DNA from: Amoebophrya sp. A120
Taxonomy: Eukaryota; Protista; Dinoflagellata
NCBI GenBank assembly: GCA_905178155.1
Contig: CAJINV010000003.1
Coordinates: 11,268,793 to 11,332,792 of the forward strand
DNA length: 64,000 nt
Direction of reading: 5' to 3'
A program made the translations under genes and the position numbers. The notes under the pieces are model-generated. The model was not told the origin of the DNA, searched no databases, and saw only the letters and a program-made list of their open reading frames with translations. Each line of letters opens with the position of its first letter. The stretch's first letter is position 1. Positions 1 through 13,100 of this stretch are shown one piece after another.

Positions 1-3000
1 CCCATTGCGCGAAGCAGGAATGATGCGCTTTTTTTTGTGTGAGATCGTCCCTGTCCATGTGGCACATAAGTAGCGTCGACAGAGGCACAACCCTGCCCCT
101 GGTGGTGCCTGTAAAAGTGCTCCCATTCCCATGGCCATGGTGAAAGAAGATCCTGACTCAAAGTGGAGTAGGGCGCGGAGCTCGATCGGCTCTTCGCACA
201 CAGTCCAACGGGATGGCGTTTCTTTTGGTTCATGCCCTGGGAAGAAAGCGTCTAGCTGCGGGAAGCGTCTTTCTTTCTTCTTGTGTCGATCATTTACATT
301 TTCGTGCACTCGTCGCTTGGCCCTTTTTACTGTTGCATGGCGTTCCTTTTTGTCAGGCCGATGCCCCTGCTTGAGAAATTGGTGGGGGTGTGTTGCCGCT
401 GGTAGCTCCTTGTGACGGCGATAAAAAACCCACATTGCAGCTGCGGCGGGAAGGATTTTCCTAAAGTCCACGTCGCCGCGTTTCGCTTGGTGAATGCCGG
501 CGACTTTCTCCCGCTATATGATCGGCGTCCCCGCCCTTCTTATGTGCTTCTAAACGGGAGCGACTTGGTGCATGGACGTACGAAGTTGCGAATACTTAAA
601 GCATCGATCTACGAAGAGAAACGCTAGGACCCGGAGCCTGATACTGGGAAATATTTGTTGGTAGTTTTTTTCCTCGATGTTCAGTTTTTTTCAACTTCAA
701 AATTCCGACATCGATTTGGAATTGGTCTCGGTACTCAGTTTCCATTTGAAATCGCTAAGAGTCACCAACTCCAACTCAACTTCGAAATAGGCTCGGGAGG
801 CCGATTCTGATTTCGAATTCATTGGATTGGTTCGCCACTTTTGATATTGAAGCTCTTGGCTTCAATTTTGATCCACTGGCGCAGACGTCCGTAGCGTTTC
901 AATTTTGTAGGTGTCCTTGGCGTTGCCGTTGCGCGGCCTACGGCCTTGTGATGCGCGCGGCAGGCTACTCCGCAATGCGATCGATGGAGGGTGGGACCTG
1001 CACCGGCGACAGGCGCTACGCACTCAACAAGCTAACAAGCTGCAACCTTCCAGACCCAGACACGTCTGCAATTCACGATAGAACCTAACCGGAAACAAGT
1101 GCACCCAAAAGAGGGCCCTCTCCGTCTCGGTTAGCAGCCGAATCGCTTTAATTGACAAGGGCACGCCCCCGAGCGTGTTGGCTCGCTATTATTATAGGAT
1201 GAAGCGAAAAGAACTCAACTCCCGCATTGCAACGCTGCCCCGGTGGGCGGTGAGAGGGAGAGCCTATCTACAAGAGACTAGTGACCCTCTGCCAAGTTGT
1301 GGCGCTGCCTGCGGGGGGAGGCGCACGACTGTCGGCAGGTCGTCTGCTTATGGAAAGGCACTTTTATATATCTGTCTTGTGTTGATCCTCGAAAGACCAC
1401 TGCCCTGCGCGCCTTTTTTTGTCGGCCATGATTTGATCCCACCTGCGATTTTGCGTCTGTTTTTGGGTAAGATATTCCTGCCATAGCGCTCGGGCGAGGA
1501 GTATTCCACACAACAGCAGCAGCAACAGGGGTGTGCGCGATGTTGTTGGGACTCGCCGTACGGTGTGCAAAAGAATCAGCTCCATACTTCTCGTATGTGG
1601 AGGCGACAAGCCCACACGACTACCCCACGTTCTTCAAAGCAACTTTTATTTCTGTAAGTATCTTTCTACTCCTCCTAATCCTATACTTTTCTTGAGCGAT
1701 GAGATTTGCTTTGCCTCCTCTTCCAGACTTTACCTGATTTCATGCAAAAATGCATTTGCATGCCAAATTTTCATTTTGCGCTCGTCCTGTGCAAATGCGA
1801 TATCGCTATTTTCTATGAATTCGAATATTGCGTTTGCGAGAAGTGCAACACTTTTGCTACATTTCATATTCCTACGCACGCGACAGCTTTCAGGACGTCG
1901 AAACGGATTCTGCAAGCCGCTCTCTTCGTCTAATATTGGAAAAACATGTCTGTTTTAGTGTGGCCAGGTTGTACGGTCATGACACCATGTAACAACGTCT
2001 TGCGAGACAGAGTCCCATGATTCCTTTTGTGTCCGACAACATCATGTGTGTTTTTATGTGTAGTGAGGCCACCGAACGGCTCTAGCCGGCAAAACGGCCG
2101 GCAGTTTGCCATCCAGCCAGCAAAACGGCCGGCAGTTTTGAAGCGGTCGGAAGTAGGGTTTTTGCACAACTGAAAGGCTCAACTATCAAGCGGCCGGGGC
2201 TCTAATAACAAACGAGCTCGAGCGACCTCCAATTCTGTCGGTTGGCGCTTGATATAACGACGCAAGAGAGACGGCAAAAGGGGCGCCCTTCTGAGGCGCC
2301 CACCGCCTTGGTTTCGGGCGCTTTTTGGCGCCCAAAAGGCTCCGCAAAAGAAGACCGCGCAAAACTAAGTACACCGCGACTTCGGAGCATTGATTGACTG
2401 CCGGCGACCGCGAAGGTGGCCGCCTTTTCGCCAGCTGCCAAGCCTGCGAAGCTCTTCAAAACGCACAGCAGAGAAAAGCGAAAACGCAAAAACAAAAAAG
2501 CGCGTCACACTCATGGAGCGGGAGCCAGCCCGCACACCATGGGCCCAATTTTTTCCGTTTCCTGGGCCCGCCCCGGCGCACCCGCAGCGAGCCCATACTG
2601 TCGGGGTTGGCTTCCGGCCAGAAATTCTACAAATTTCCCAAAATAAATTTGCGACGCTTCTGAGTCGGCCGTCAGCGATTTCGCGCGGCGTAGCGCCAGT
2701 GTGGCGAGCCTGCAAAAACCGACTTTGCGGCAGGCCCGCGGCCATGGTGGAGGCGCGAAAATGCCCATCGTCTCATTACCCCCGCGTCCGCCCCGCCGGC
2801 TGTAATATAATTTGGCGCGTATCATGTTTTTGTTTTCTTTTTGTGGCCGCTGCATCAAGGCGCGGGCGCCGGGATCCACCGTGCGACGAGGTCTTCGTCT
2901 TGTAGACTAGTTTCAGGCATTAGCCACGCTTGAGAAGTCCTCTCCTGATGTCATTCCGAGGGAATTTGTCATGGTGGTCGCCCGATAAGTCGTTCACATC

Positions 3001-3230
3001 AAAGCAGCCACTTGCTTTCTGGGATTTCACCCTTCATGAGCTCGAGCCGCGGCGTGAAAAGGCAAGAACTTCACCTCTACTACTGCTTCTATGACGGTTT
3101 TTTATATATAGCTACTCCTACAACAGCGCTGGTGGTGGAGCTACGATTGGTATTGTGCAGCACTGCGCATGTTGTTGGGCGCACGCGTCTTCTTGCTTTA
3201 GGTGGTAGCTTATGGGATTCTCAAACGTGA
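1..3230 (-). CDS. Fragmentary multi-exon gene, hypothetical protein (runs off the window start; 5' end unresolved)
   Basis: Coding-like minus-strand segments: RRKKRRFPQLDAFFPGHEPKETPSRWTVCEEPIELRALLHFES (~150-285), LARALWQEYLTQKQTQNRRWDQIMADKKRRAGQWSFEDQHK (~1375-1500), VALLANAIFEFIENSDIAFAQDERKMKIWHANAFLHEIR (~1734-1850), FTPRLELMKGEIPESKWLL (~3001-3060). Candidate GT-AG intron at 1652..1733. Full exon chain not reconstructed. Confidence 0.45.
2057..2810 (+). mobile_element. Helentron/HINE-like non-autonomous element, copy 1 (diverged)
   Basis: Starts GTAGTGAGGCC (2060) and ends GTCTCATTAC plus a GC-rich tail. Colinear with the copies at 6128, 25023, 30903 and 44144 (shared AAAAGGGGCGCCCTTCTGAGGCGCCCACCGCCTTGG core). 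Confidence 0.8.
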
Positions 3231-4131
3231 CACTCATACCTGTTGCGTGATTTGTACTGCGGAATTACAATCAGCATTGAAACGATCAAGCTACTCCGCG
3301 TGACAAATTATCGAAGGGCCAAACAGCATAAAAATCTGATCCAGATTTGTAAATGCAAGCTAAGACTATTTACTTGACTTTCGCTACTCTTGCGATGCGA
3401 ATTCCGCCATACTGCAGCTGGTGCACCACAAGAGAGGCTTGCGCTTGGGCTTGGAGTAGTACGAGAACGCGGAGCCCTATTCTACCGAATCTTCAATCGT
3501 CGTAAACAAGCCAACACGTCCGAGGCAGTCGACGAAAAAGATGAAAGACAAACACTATTAAGACAGCTACTCATTTCTCTAAGTGACAAATTATCGCTAC
3601 GACCAGCGGTAGCGGGGCGGATACTGGTGTGAAGTTTGAGTGAGATCACGTCGCTGTGTGTTGTCTCTTCTTATCCTGGTTTCTATTTCGTTTGTTGCCG
3701 ACGTCGTTGAGGGGCTACATGATGATAGCGGAGCCACAGTAGAGCTTGACACAAGCTGACACGGCTACTTCGGCACGCCAAAAGGAAAAGCTCTGTGCCG
3801 CACTGTTTTTGTGTTGCTCTTGGTTTATTAATGAGAGCGAAAGCACATCCTAAGCCTAACAGAGAGCGAAGAGGTCAGATGCCGCTGATTTCGTGAGCGA
3901 GGAAATCATGTCGCACGGAGTCCAGGTGGATCGACTAAATTCAAATTGCTAGCAAAATCAATGGGCTTGCCGCGCGATTTAGAATGCGGGCACGGGTACG
4001 CACATCAGGAGAAGTTGATCCGTGTCAATCATCGCGCTTGTACGAGTATGGAACACGCTATGGAAAGACCCTGCAGAAGCTGTGACAAGCACGGATAGGG
4101 CCGCAGTTTCTTGGAGCGCGCACGGTGCGCA

Positions 4132-7100
4132 ATGTTGCCTTTGCGCCTTCTATTTTGCCGGCGCTGTGTCGTCGTCTCCTGTGTAATCTCGCTCGCGACC
4201 TGGACACCCGTGTCCGTGTTCTCGGTCGATGCCGATGCTCAGCACAGGAGCAATCACGTCGGCGGCGACGAAACTAAAAAGCACGAGGAGAAGAACCAAG
4301 ATCACCACGGCGACGGTCATCACGGTCATCACGATCACGGTCATCACGGCCACACGACCAAGTTGGCCGCTCATCACGGTAATCAACAGGAGAAAAGGCA
4401 GGACACCAAAACCAATTTGGCCGCTCATGACGGTCATCACGATCACGGCCATCACGATCACGGTCATCACGGTCATCACGGCCACACCAAGTTGGCCGCT
4501 CATCACGGTAAGCAACAGGAGAACAGGCAGGACACCAAAACCAATTCGGCCGCTCAAGACGGTGGTCACACGAGCGACCATCACGGTGATCTTCAACAGA
4601 AGAACAGACACCACAGCAAGAGCATCGCCAAAACGCACGACGGCGGCGGCCATCAAAACGGCGACCACGTACACACGAAAAACAAAAATCGCGCCAGCTC
4701 TGGTCCACATAGCGCGCTGGCCCGACTCAAGACACTTGTTAAAAAACCTACGACGTCGGCTTCCACATCCGCCTCAAGAAAAGGAAATGTAGCTTCCCGC
4801 GCCGCCTCCGCCACAAAAAACGTAGCTTCCCGCACCGCCTCCGGCGCAAGAAATATAGCTCACCGCACCGCCTCCGGCGCAAGACATACAGCTCTCCGCG
4901 CCGCCTCCGCCTCAAAAAAAGCAGCTTCCCGCGCCCTGTCGATGGTCGCGCGAGGGCGGCGGGGACTGATGGAACGGAAGGCAGCTTAGGGGGGAAAACC
5001 GGGCGTGGCGACGTGGGTTCCGCAGCAATTTTTGCAAGGCCACGCAAGTGGCCCCCTTAGGGCGGAAGGACGCCCCGCTGCTCTGTCTGACCAGCTTGTT
5101 GCAATAACAAAGCGCAGCGAGCGCGCAAAGCCCCGGCCGGGAGTTCGGCTCAACATTTCCCAAGAATTGCGAGAGCCGGCGCCGAGGGCTCCGCCTTGGC
5201 GCGCAGTGCGTGGGGTCCTTGCCAGCCAGGCTTTTTCGCCAACGTGCGGGCGCCTGGTCGGAATCAAGCAACAGAGAGAAGCAGCTGCGCCAACGCCATA
5301 TCATGGCCGGCGCGCTCATTTATAAATTTGCAGCCTGTAGTGCTGGGCCTCGGGCTCGGGCGCTCCTGTTTTAAGTACAAATCTCGCAGCACTACAACCA
5401 TGGTTCGACGGGCTCACCCAAATTGAAAGCGGCGCCCCCGATGCTGCACACAGTGAGGCCACAACACGCAAGGCGCCTCTCTCTGTGTCTGTCGTTGCGT
5501 CTGTGTGTGAGCAAGCTATAGCTTCGCCGCTCTGTAATTTCTGACTGAAATAGAACACGGCAACGCAAGAAGAGCCACCGCGCCAAACCTCAGGCCGCTT
5601 TCGTTCATGGCCCGGCTGCCTCCTTGCGGATGGTCCTTTCTTTCGTTGCTTGCCTTTCCGCGCGCCCCACGCACCCCGTCCCCGCCCGGATATGTGCCTA
5701 TGTCGAGCGCCCCGGCCCGGTTGGGCGGTGTTTTTCTTTGTGTATGGCCTTTCTCCGGCGCCCGGCCGGGCGTGGGCCCGCCTGCGGCCCCTTTCAGACA
5801 GAAAGGCCCGCCTGCATGGGCCCCCCGCGGATCTTCCGTCTTGTTGGCGAAACAACAAAGGAGGCCGGGAAAGGGTTTCTGTTTGTTTCTAAGGGCGGCG
5901 CCCTTTTCTGGCCTCCCCGAATCCGCTTGGTAGGGCCAGTTGCGGGCCTGGCGGGCGCGCGGCCCTTTTGGAAAGTTTGGAGGCTATTTGGGGGCGGTCT
6001 AGAAATTTGGGCCTAGGGATGGAAAATGTAGAAAAGCTTCATACCTATAACGTACTAGCTAGCATGGGCGGGCATTGTTCTGAGCAGGATGGCGCTCATT
6101 GTTTGCGATTTTTGGCGTCCCCACTAGTATGTAGTGAGGTCACCGAACGGTTCTAACCGGGGAGTTTTTTTGCCACCTACCGTGAAAAACGGCCGGCAGT
6201 TTTGAAGCGGGCGGAAGTGTTTTTTGACAGAAAAAATTTTCAATTATCAAGCGGCCGGGGCTTTGATATCAAACAAGCCCGAGCGGATTCTATCGATTCG
6301 CACTTGATAAAACGACGCAAAGGAGCCGCCAAAAGGGGCGCCCTTCTGAGGCGCCCACCGCCTTGGTTTCTAGCGATTTGGGGCGCCCAAAAAGGGGCGC
6401 GCAAAAAACTCGCCCAAAATCAGAACAGCGAAACAGCATGGCGCGGCCCCGATTTCGGAGCATTTTGGGCGGCCGCGAAAGTGGCCGCCTTTTCGCCGGT
6501 TTCAATCAGAGCCTGGGAAGCTTTGCAAAAAGCGCCGGCGCGAAAAATAAAAACGCGAAAAAGAAAAAGCGCCCCAGACGCGCAATACCAATCCGCATGC
6601 TATGGGCCCGATTTTTCTTCGCTTTTTGGGCGCCCTCCGTGGAACCCGGATCGGCGCCATAGCATGGGGGCTGGGCTTCGGAAAGGAATTTCGAAGATTT
6701 GCCAAAATTTGCAACGTTTCTCGAGCGGCCGCCATACCGTGCGGCATAACGCTACTCACGGCGGTATGGCGGGCCCAGAAAAAGCAAAGCCGCGGCCAAG
6801 GCGGCGGCCGGCAAGAAAACGCCCACGACCTCACTACCTCCGCCCCGGCGGCTATATTTGGTACGGTCGGACCGTGCTAGAAATGCAGCCAGCGACCGCG
6901 CTAGAAGTGCCTACGTGGGCGAGCAGGTGAATATATATCCAAAAAATGGGCCGCATACTTCCAATTTCGAAATATGCGGCCCAGGCCGCAGGGGGCGCCG
7001 GGATCAATGGGGCACGGAGAGAAAGAGCGAGGGACGGCGCCGGGGCCAAGTTGCCTAGCTAGCACAAAGCCCAGGGCGTTCACACGCGGACGGCAGCCCC

Positions 7101-10100
7101 GGCGAGAGCGGAGGGGCAAAACTTGCAGTGCCTAAAGTAATATACCTCTCGTTCGACTTTACCTGTGGGCGCTTTTCTACTTGATTGAGCTAGCACCCTC
7201 GGCAGAAAGTCGCCCGGCAGATTTTTCATATTGCTCCGGCAAGAGTTCAAAGCCCTTGCCCCTGTGCCGGCCCCCATGCCGTGGGCGTGGATGAATGGCG
7301 CAAAGGTGTTGCGAACTAGGGAACGCAAACCGGTTTTGGGGTAGGGTTGGGGGATTAATAAATGCCGCGCGTTCGCTTGCAACCAAGAAAGGTTGCTGGC
7401 AGGCGGCTGCCGTTTTTTCTGAGGTCTCGCCGTCGCGACGGTATCTCGCTCCCTCCGCGCGCAACCGGCGCACAGGTTCAGGCCTTGTGTGTCCATAGCG
7501 AGTGGGGACACCTGAGCGAGGGCGCAGCCGGGGAATAGAAGGCTGCTGCAGCTTGTGCTGCAATTACAAGGCTAAGACAGCTATGCTAAGCCGGGCACTC
7601 CGCCCGTCCTAGCAGAACAGCTGAACGCGCGCACATGATGTCGGCGGACAGGGGCACTGCTTTCATGATGATGGAACAATCACCAACATCCGTCGGCCAC
7701 GAGGATTCAGATAGTTTCAGCTACAACACGAATACAGATAAAATTTGAATTAGAAAAGATAAACATAAAGAAGGGAAAAATAAAGAACAAAGAGCCTCCT
7801 ACTTCGGCTTCTCTTAAAACCAAAAGCAACTATTTACGCGCGCGCCCAATAGAAAAAGCTTCGGAACCCACGGCGTCGCGCTCGGTTTTCCTCACCAAGG
7901 AGCGGTCTGGGACCAGATCACCAAAAACCCAATTGCGAAGAAGGCCCTTGACAAATGGGCCAAGGGGAAAAAGCGTGGAGCAGACATGTTGAAAAAATTG
8001 AGGAGGTGGATCATTCTCGCCCGCAGTGACCGCCATCAACCGCCCTCATTTAAAGCGCTCGCCTCGACCATTTTCAAGAGGAAGGGCTCCACTCTCACAG
8101 CAAGCCATAGGCATGGCCACGACATCAAACTCATTAAGAGGATGCACACGGCCGCCCAGGTGATGGGGCGCTTTCTGAAGGATGTCGAGCGCGCAGCAAA
8201 AATGGCGGCGGAAACCGAACAACGGACCGGCTCGAAGGCGGAAGCCGAAGCGGCGTCACTACTTGAGCTGGGGATCTTGTCAGCGGATTTTATGAAAAAT
8301 GCCTGCGAGTCCTATTAGACCCGCACTACAGCAATCGCATTGGTCCTGTCGCTCGTACTGGTCGCCCCCTTTTGGCGTGGCGCCAGGGCCCCGCCCAAGA
8401 TGACCTGCCCAGCGGCCTGCGCCGCTTAGTCTACCCCGCTCGCGTCGCCGCCCCTTCGCATCTTGGAAAGTCGTGGTCGCATCGAGCGACCAAATGCTCA
8501 CTAGTAGTAGGGGAACACCTACGCTTTGCGCTTTATCAGGCACTTCTTGCACGTTGTGCTCCGGCTTTCGCCACGTGGGACCCCGTGGGCAGAAGAGAGG
8601 CACTTATCCACACACGCGCCGCGCCCATTTCTAGCTAGGTACAATCTAGGTTGTCTTCTTATTCATTTTCAATCGAGCCACTCCTAGGCTTAGGCTTAGG
8701 TAGGCCGCCACGGCCGCCGGCACGGGATCGCTGTCGACGGCGACGCGTCCGTCTCCCCTTCGATCTCCGACTTCTTCGGCTGCACAAGTTCGATCCGGAA
8801 GTGTTTAGTTTAGGTTTCAGGGTTTACGTTTAGGCCGCGCTGATTCATTTTCAATCGACCCACTCTATAGGATGCGCACGCCCACAATGTTCAGCTCGCT
8901 ACGCGCCCACAATGTTCAGCTCGCTACGTTCGCTACGCTCCTACCCTAGGATTTTAGTTTCCAATATGAAAAACCGCGCCTGTAGTGTGGCTTTCGACAG
9001 AGAAAAATAAAAATCGGCGCACGCTAGCTGGTGGTGTGATCGCTTTCAAGTACTTACGCCCGTATAGAGCGCTACTGCTCCAGGGTAGGGGCGCCATTCC
9101 ATCAATAAAACCGCTTCGCGCTGCATTCTAAGGGAACTGGTCAGTGAATGGAAGTAGACACGTAACAGGATCAGTTAGCGCCGAAATAAATCCGTCAAAG
9201 TCGTCCCGGTCAGAGAGGACGAGGATCAGAGCACGCCTCAAGGGCTGGCGCGCGCGCTCGTCTTGCGTCATCGCTGAGGGGCAGGCGAATGCCCTACGTA
9301 GATCGCAGCAGCAGGCGCGTGCTCGCGTATCCTCTAGCGGCAGCGTGGTCGGAATGTGTTGAAGGGGGCCGGCAGCAGCCAGCCACTCACTGCGCTCGTA
9401 TGGGGCTCGTATAGGTCCGACTGCTCGTATCTGTTGGGCGCCTCGTATTGGCCTTGCGTTCTCATAAAATAAAAATCCACTTCGTGGTCACTGGCATCCG
9501 TAGGGCACGACTTGTGGAATATGGTCACGAGCGCAGTCCAGGCCATTCAGACTATGACTTCAAAGCTCGCGGAGTTCTTCGGTAAATTGCTTACGTGGGT
9601 ATTTCCCCCAGAAACGGATGACTCAGAAAAGAGCGGAGTAGCAATGAAATCCTTATCCGCCCCCCCGGCGGATAGAATTAAGCGGGGGGGTGGCCCCTCC
9701 CGGTTTTTCCGCCGGCGGGCTGTCCTTCCGGAATAGGCCCTATGAATTGGCTTGGCCCCGGCGCCGTTTTGTATTTGTTGAGGCCGAGGAGCCCCGGGTA
9801 GACACACAGAACGTTGCCGGTGCTTCCGACCGGCTTGTCCAACGCGATAAACACACAGGAAACTGCCAAACCACGTCGCACCATGTGGATTGATGGAAGA
9901 GCAAGAAAATAAAGAGCCGCAGCACGCCAGTGCCTGCCACGCAAGCAAGCAAAGCAAGGCGTTAGGGCGTGGCTTTGAGAATTATCCACGCGCAGAAACT
10001 AGATAGTCGCGCATGTCCTTGCATCCTGTGCAAAAGTATCGCACTCGTATAAATGCTACCGCTTTTTTTGCATGAAGCCACTTAGAAGTTGGTGGGAGGT

Positions 10101-13100
10101 TGTTGGGAAGTCGGTGGCGAAGTTGGTGAGAAGCAGGCGGCGAAGTTGTTGCGAAGTCCGTGAGAAGTGGCGGCACGTGTTGGCGTCGTCATCGCCTCGG
10201 CCGAGTGTCGCGGCACGTCACTCCGCCGCGGCGCGTTCTATCCCCCTCGCTGCTTGCCGCTGCAGCTGCAAGGGCTGGAAAGAGCTGCGCTGTAGGTAAA
10301 TAGAAAGACGGCCACTGCCGTTTTTCTTTTAATTTATTTGCAACGCTGCTCGACCAGCTCGCGCGACGGCTCCACGCACGAGACCATACAAAAGAGGCGG
10401 CAGAAGCTGCATCTGTGATGGCTGCACGCGCAGACGCCTTTCTGATGGTTGTGCGCGCGCGACGATGTGGTGCTGCACGTCGCGCGGGCGCTGAAGTTAT
10501 CCATTTATATAATTAATTGCTGGACTTTGAACACGCCTGCCACACTGAGTGACTAAAGCCTCTACCTAAGCAGGTCCCTCAATCATTTCGAGCGCTTCAA
10601 TCTCTCAGCAGACCGGGCGAAAGCCTCTGGCTGCGTTGCATCCTGAGGCAGGGCGCAACGTCATTCAAATTCATCGCATGGAACTGCCCCGATCCTGGTC
10701 AGAGTCAAGTGGCTAAAAAGCATGGGAGTACCCCCCTCAATGCTGTCGGTATAGTGCTCAACCCTAACGGGAGCCAACCCCCTTCAGGGTGGCCATTCTG
10801 AACCTCTAGACCGAGCGGAGTCCCTTCATTTCGTTACGATCGTGATGGCTTTGCCTTCGTAGTATTTGGGGGACTCGGGTCAAATGGCGAAGAGATTCCT
10901 TAGGGATCTAGCTAGTTCAGGCCATTCCGGTCTTGTCATTTCATTGGGAGCAGGCATCTCAGATCGTCTCGAGAAGCTTCAGGCATGGTTGTGAGAGGGT
11001 TCTGATCACATGACCAACATTAATTGCGGAGCTACGTATAATCAATTAAAGCTAACGAGTTTCGCAATTAATAACAAACGGGCTTTGTTTTCTTTCGCTA
11101 AAAAACGCAGTCTTGCGTGAAGCCTACGCGGTTTATAAAAATTTTTTCACTCGAACTTCTCAACAGCTTCTCAACAACTTCTTCACAAACATCGCCACGA
11201 ACATCCGACCAGCTTCCCGAATTTTTACAGGCTTCATGCAATTAATTTTTACGAGAAAATCTGCTCTGACAAATTAATTGCGTGACGCCTCCAAAAGATC
11301 ACTTGCGGGAGCCCGAAAGCTTTCAGCGGCAAGGCGCGGCCGAAGTATGCACAACCAAGCTTAGTTATTCGCGACTGCGCAAGCGGCCACGAATCGAGAT
11401 GCAGGAAACCCTTGAGACATCGCCTGCAGGCTGGTAAAGAAATCCGCGCGCCTACAATTCAAATCCGCATCAATTCCCCGAACAAACTCAAACCCGACCG
11501 CCGACTCCCGCCAACTTCTCAGCATCGGGCTGGGAAGTTGGTGAAAAGGCTGGGGGGAAGTTGGTGGGAAGTTGGTTAGAAATACGCGAGAAGCTGGCGA
11601 GAAGTTGGCGAGATGTTTGGCGCAGAAAAAAGGGGGATCTATACGAGTGCGATACTTTTGCACAGGATACCTTGGGCCCTTCTATCTAGGCTATCTACCC
11701 GGAAAAGCTCCGACGTGCCATGTCGGGGCTTTTTTGGGTTTGTCAATACATAGATGCTCGGGCATCATCGCGGGGCAGGTAATAGCTATCCACAGATCGG
11801 GGTCGCACAAACATCGAGGACGTGCACAGGCTGGGGACTGGTCGCAGGCGCAGGCACCTTGTCGGGGCTGCAACCAAGGTGCCGCTACCTCCCAAAAACC
11901 CCGCGCAAGAAATTAATCAGCACCCAGCCCGCAACGCACGCCCGTGCAGGGGCCCGGCCGGCGCTGCTGCCCCATCCCCGGCGCCTAGGCGCAATGAATG
12001 TCGCGCGGCGTGGCGGCCGGGGGTGGTAGCGGGGGTGGTAGCGGGCTCGCTGCGGCTTGCCCAGATTGATTCACAATCCGCCGCGCTCGGCCCCGAGGCC
12101 TGTGCGGCGGGAAAACCTCACTGGGGCACGAGAAGGGAACGAAGTGAGAAAGCCGGGAACGGGAACCGAGACGAGAAAACGAGACGCCGCACGGGCCTCG
12201 AGGCGGGCCCGTTTCGTTTGTTTTTCCCATTTCGGGCGGGCACTTGCGCAGCGTCGGAAAGCTAGAGCACATAGGCCGGCAGCGGCATGAAAAAAAAAAA
12301 GCCGGCGAACAAAACTAGAGCGGGCCAGGCTGCCCCTGTCGCCGGCCCACGCGACCCATCAACATCTCAGTGAAAAAACACGGCCAGCAGGGCGGGAGTT
12401 ATTACTTAGCGCGCGCCGTGGCAAATATGTCAGCAGTACGGCCCGGCGCGGGGGCCAGGAAATGGCTGCCCCCCCCGCCCGAGGGCCTGTCCCGGTAGAA
12501 TATAAATGAGTCGAGCACACCACCAGGGGGAATTTTACCAAACACGGCGCGCGGCATTTATTAGAGCCGGCCCCGGAGTGCGCACGCAGGCGCGCAGCCT
12601 CGGGCGTTGTTGTGGAGCGGCCTGTCCCGGTGCGTGGCCCGATTGCCTGCAAAAGCAGGCAAGCTCATGGCGGGCGGCTTGGGTTTGCGCAGGTGCACCC
12701 CTTCGAAGGCGAGCGCGCGCAAACGAAAAACCCTGGGCGGACCCGGCGCCGCTAGCTGCAGCAATGTGCGCCCCAGAGCAAAGCGACATGGCCTAGCAAG
12801 TTGGCACACAGCTCGAAAGCGCGAGGCGAGGGAGCCCGTTGGCCCTCGCGTTGCATCTGATAGGATTTTACTGCTGTGGAGCAACTTCGGGCATTGCTAT
12901 TTGCTTGGCCATTTCTTGCGTGGCGAATTTCCCAAGCGCTTTCGCCTTTTGTGTGGCGGATAAATATCCGCTGGCGTGTCTTCATTTCGCCGAAATCAAT
13001 CCCGGCAGTGTTGTCACTTCAGTGTGGCCACTTCAAACGCAGCGCCTGCTACTTTTCACAGAAACATCACAAAGGCCGCCGGCGTCATGCCGTCCGTCGG

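Noticed and set aside
4150-4792. Overlapping ORFs with VMTV, TVIT and RDDRD repeats
   Set aside because: Alternative-frame and antisense shadows of the His-rich repeat.
6202-6930. 242-aa ORF and similar ORFs at 25029 and 44320 as a protein family
   Set aside because: They lie in the GC-rich Helentron-like repeat; frames are not conserved between copies and no domain is evident.
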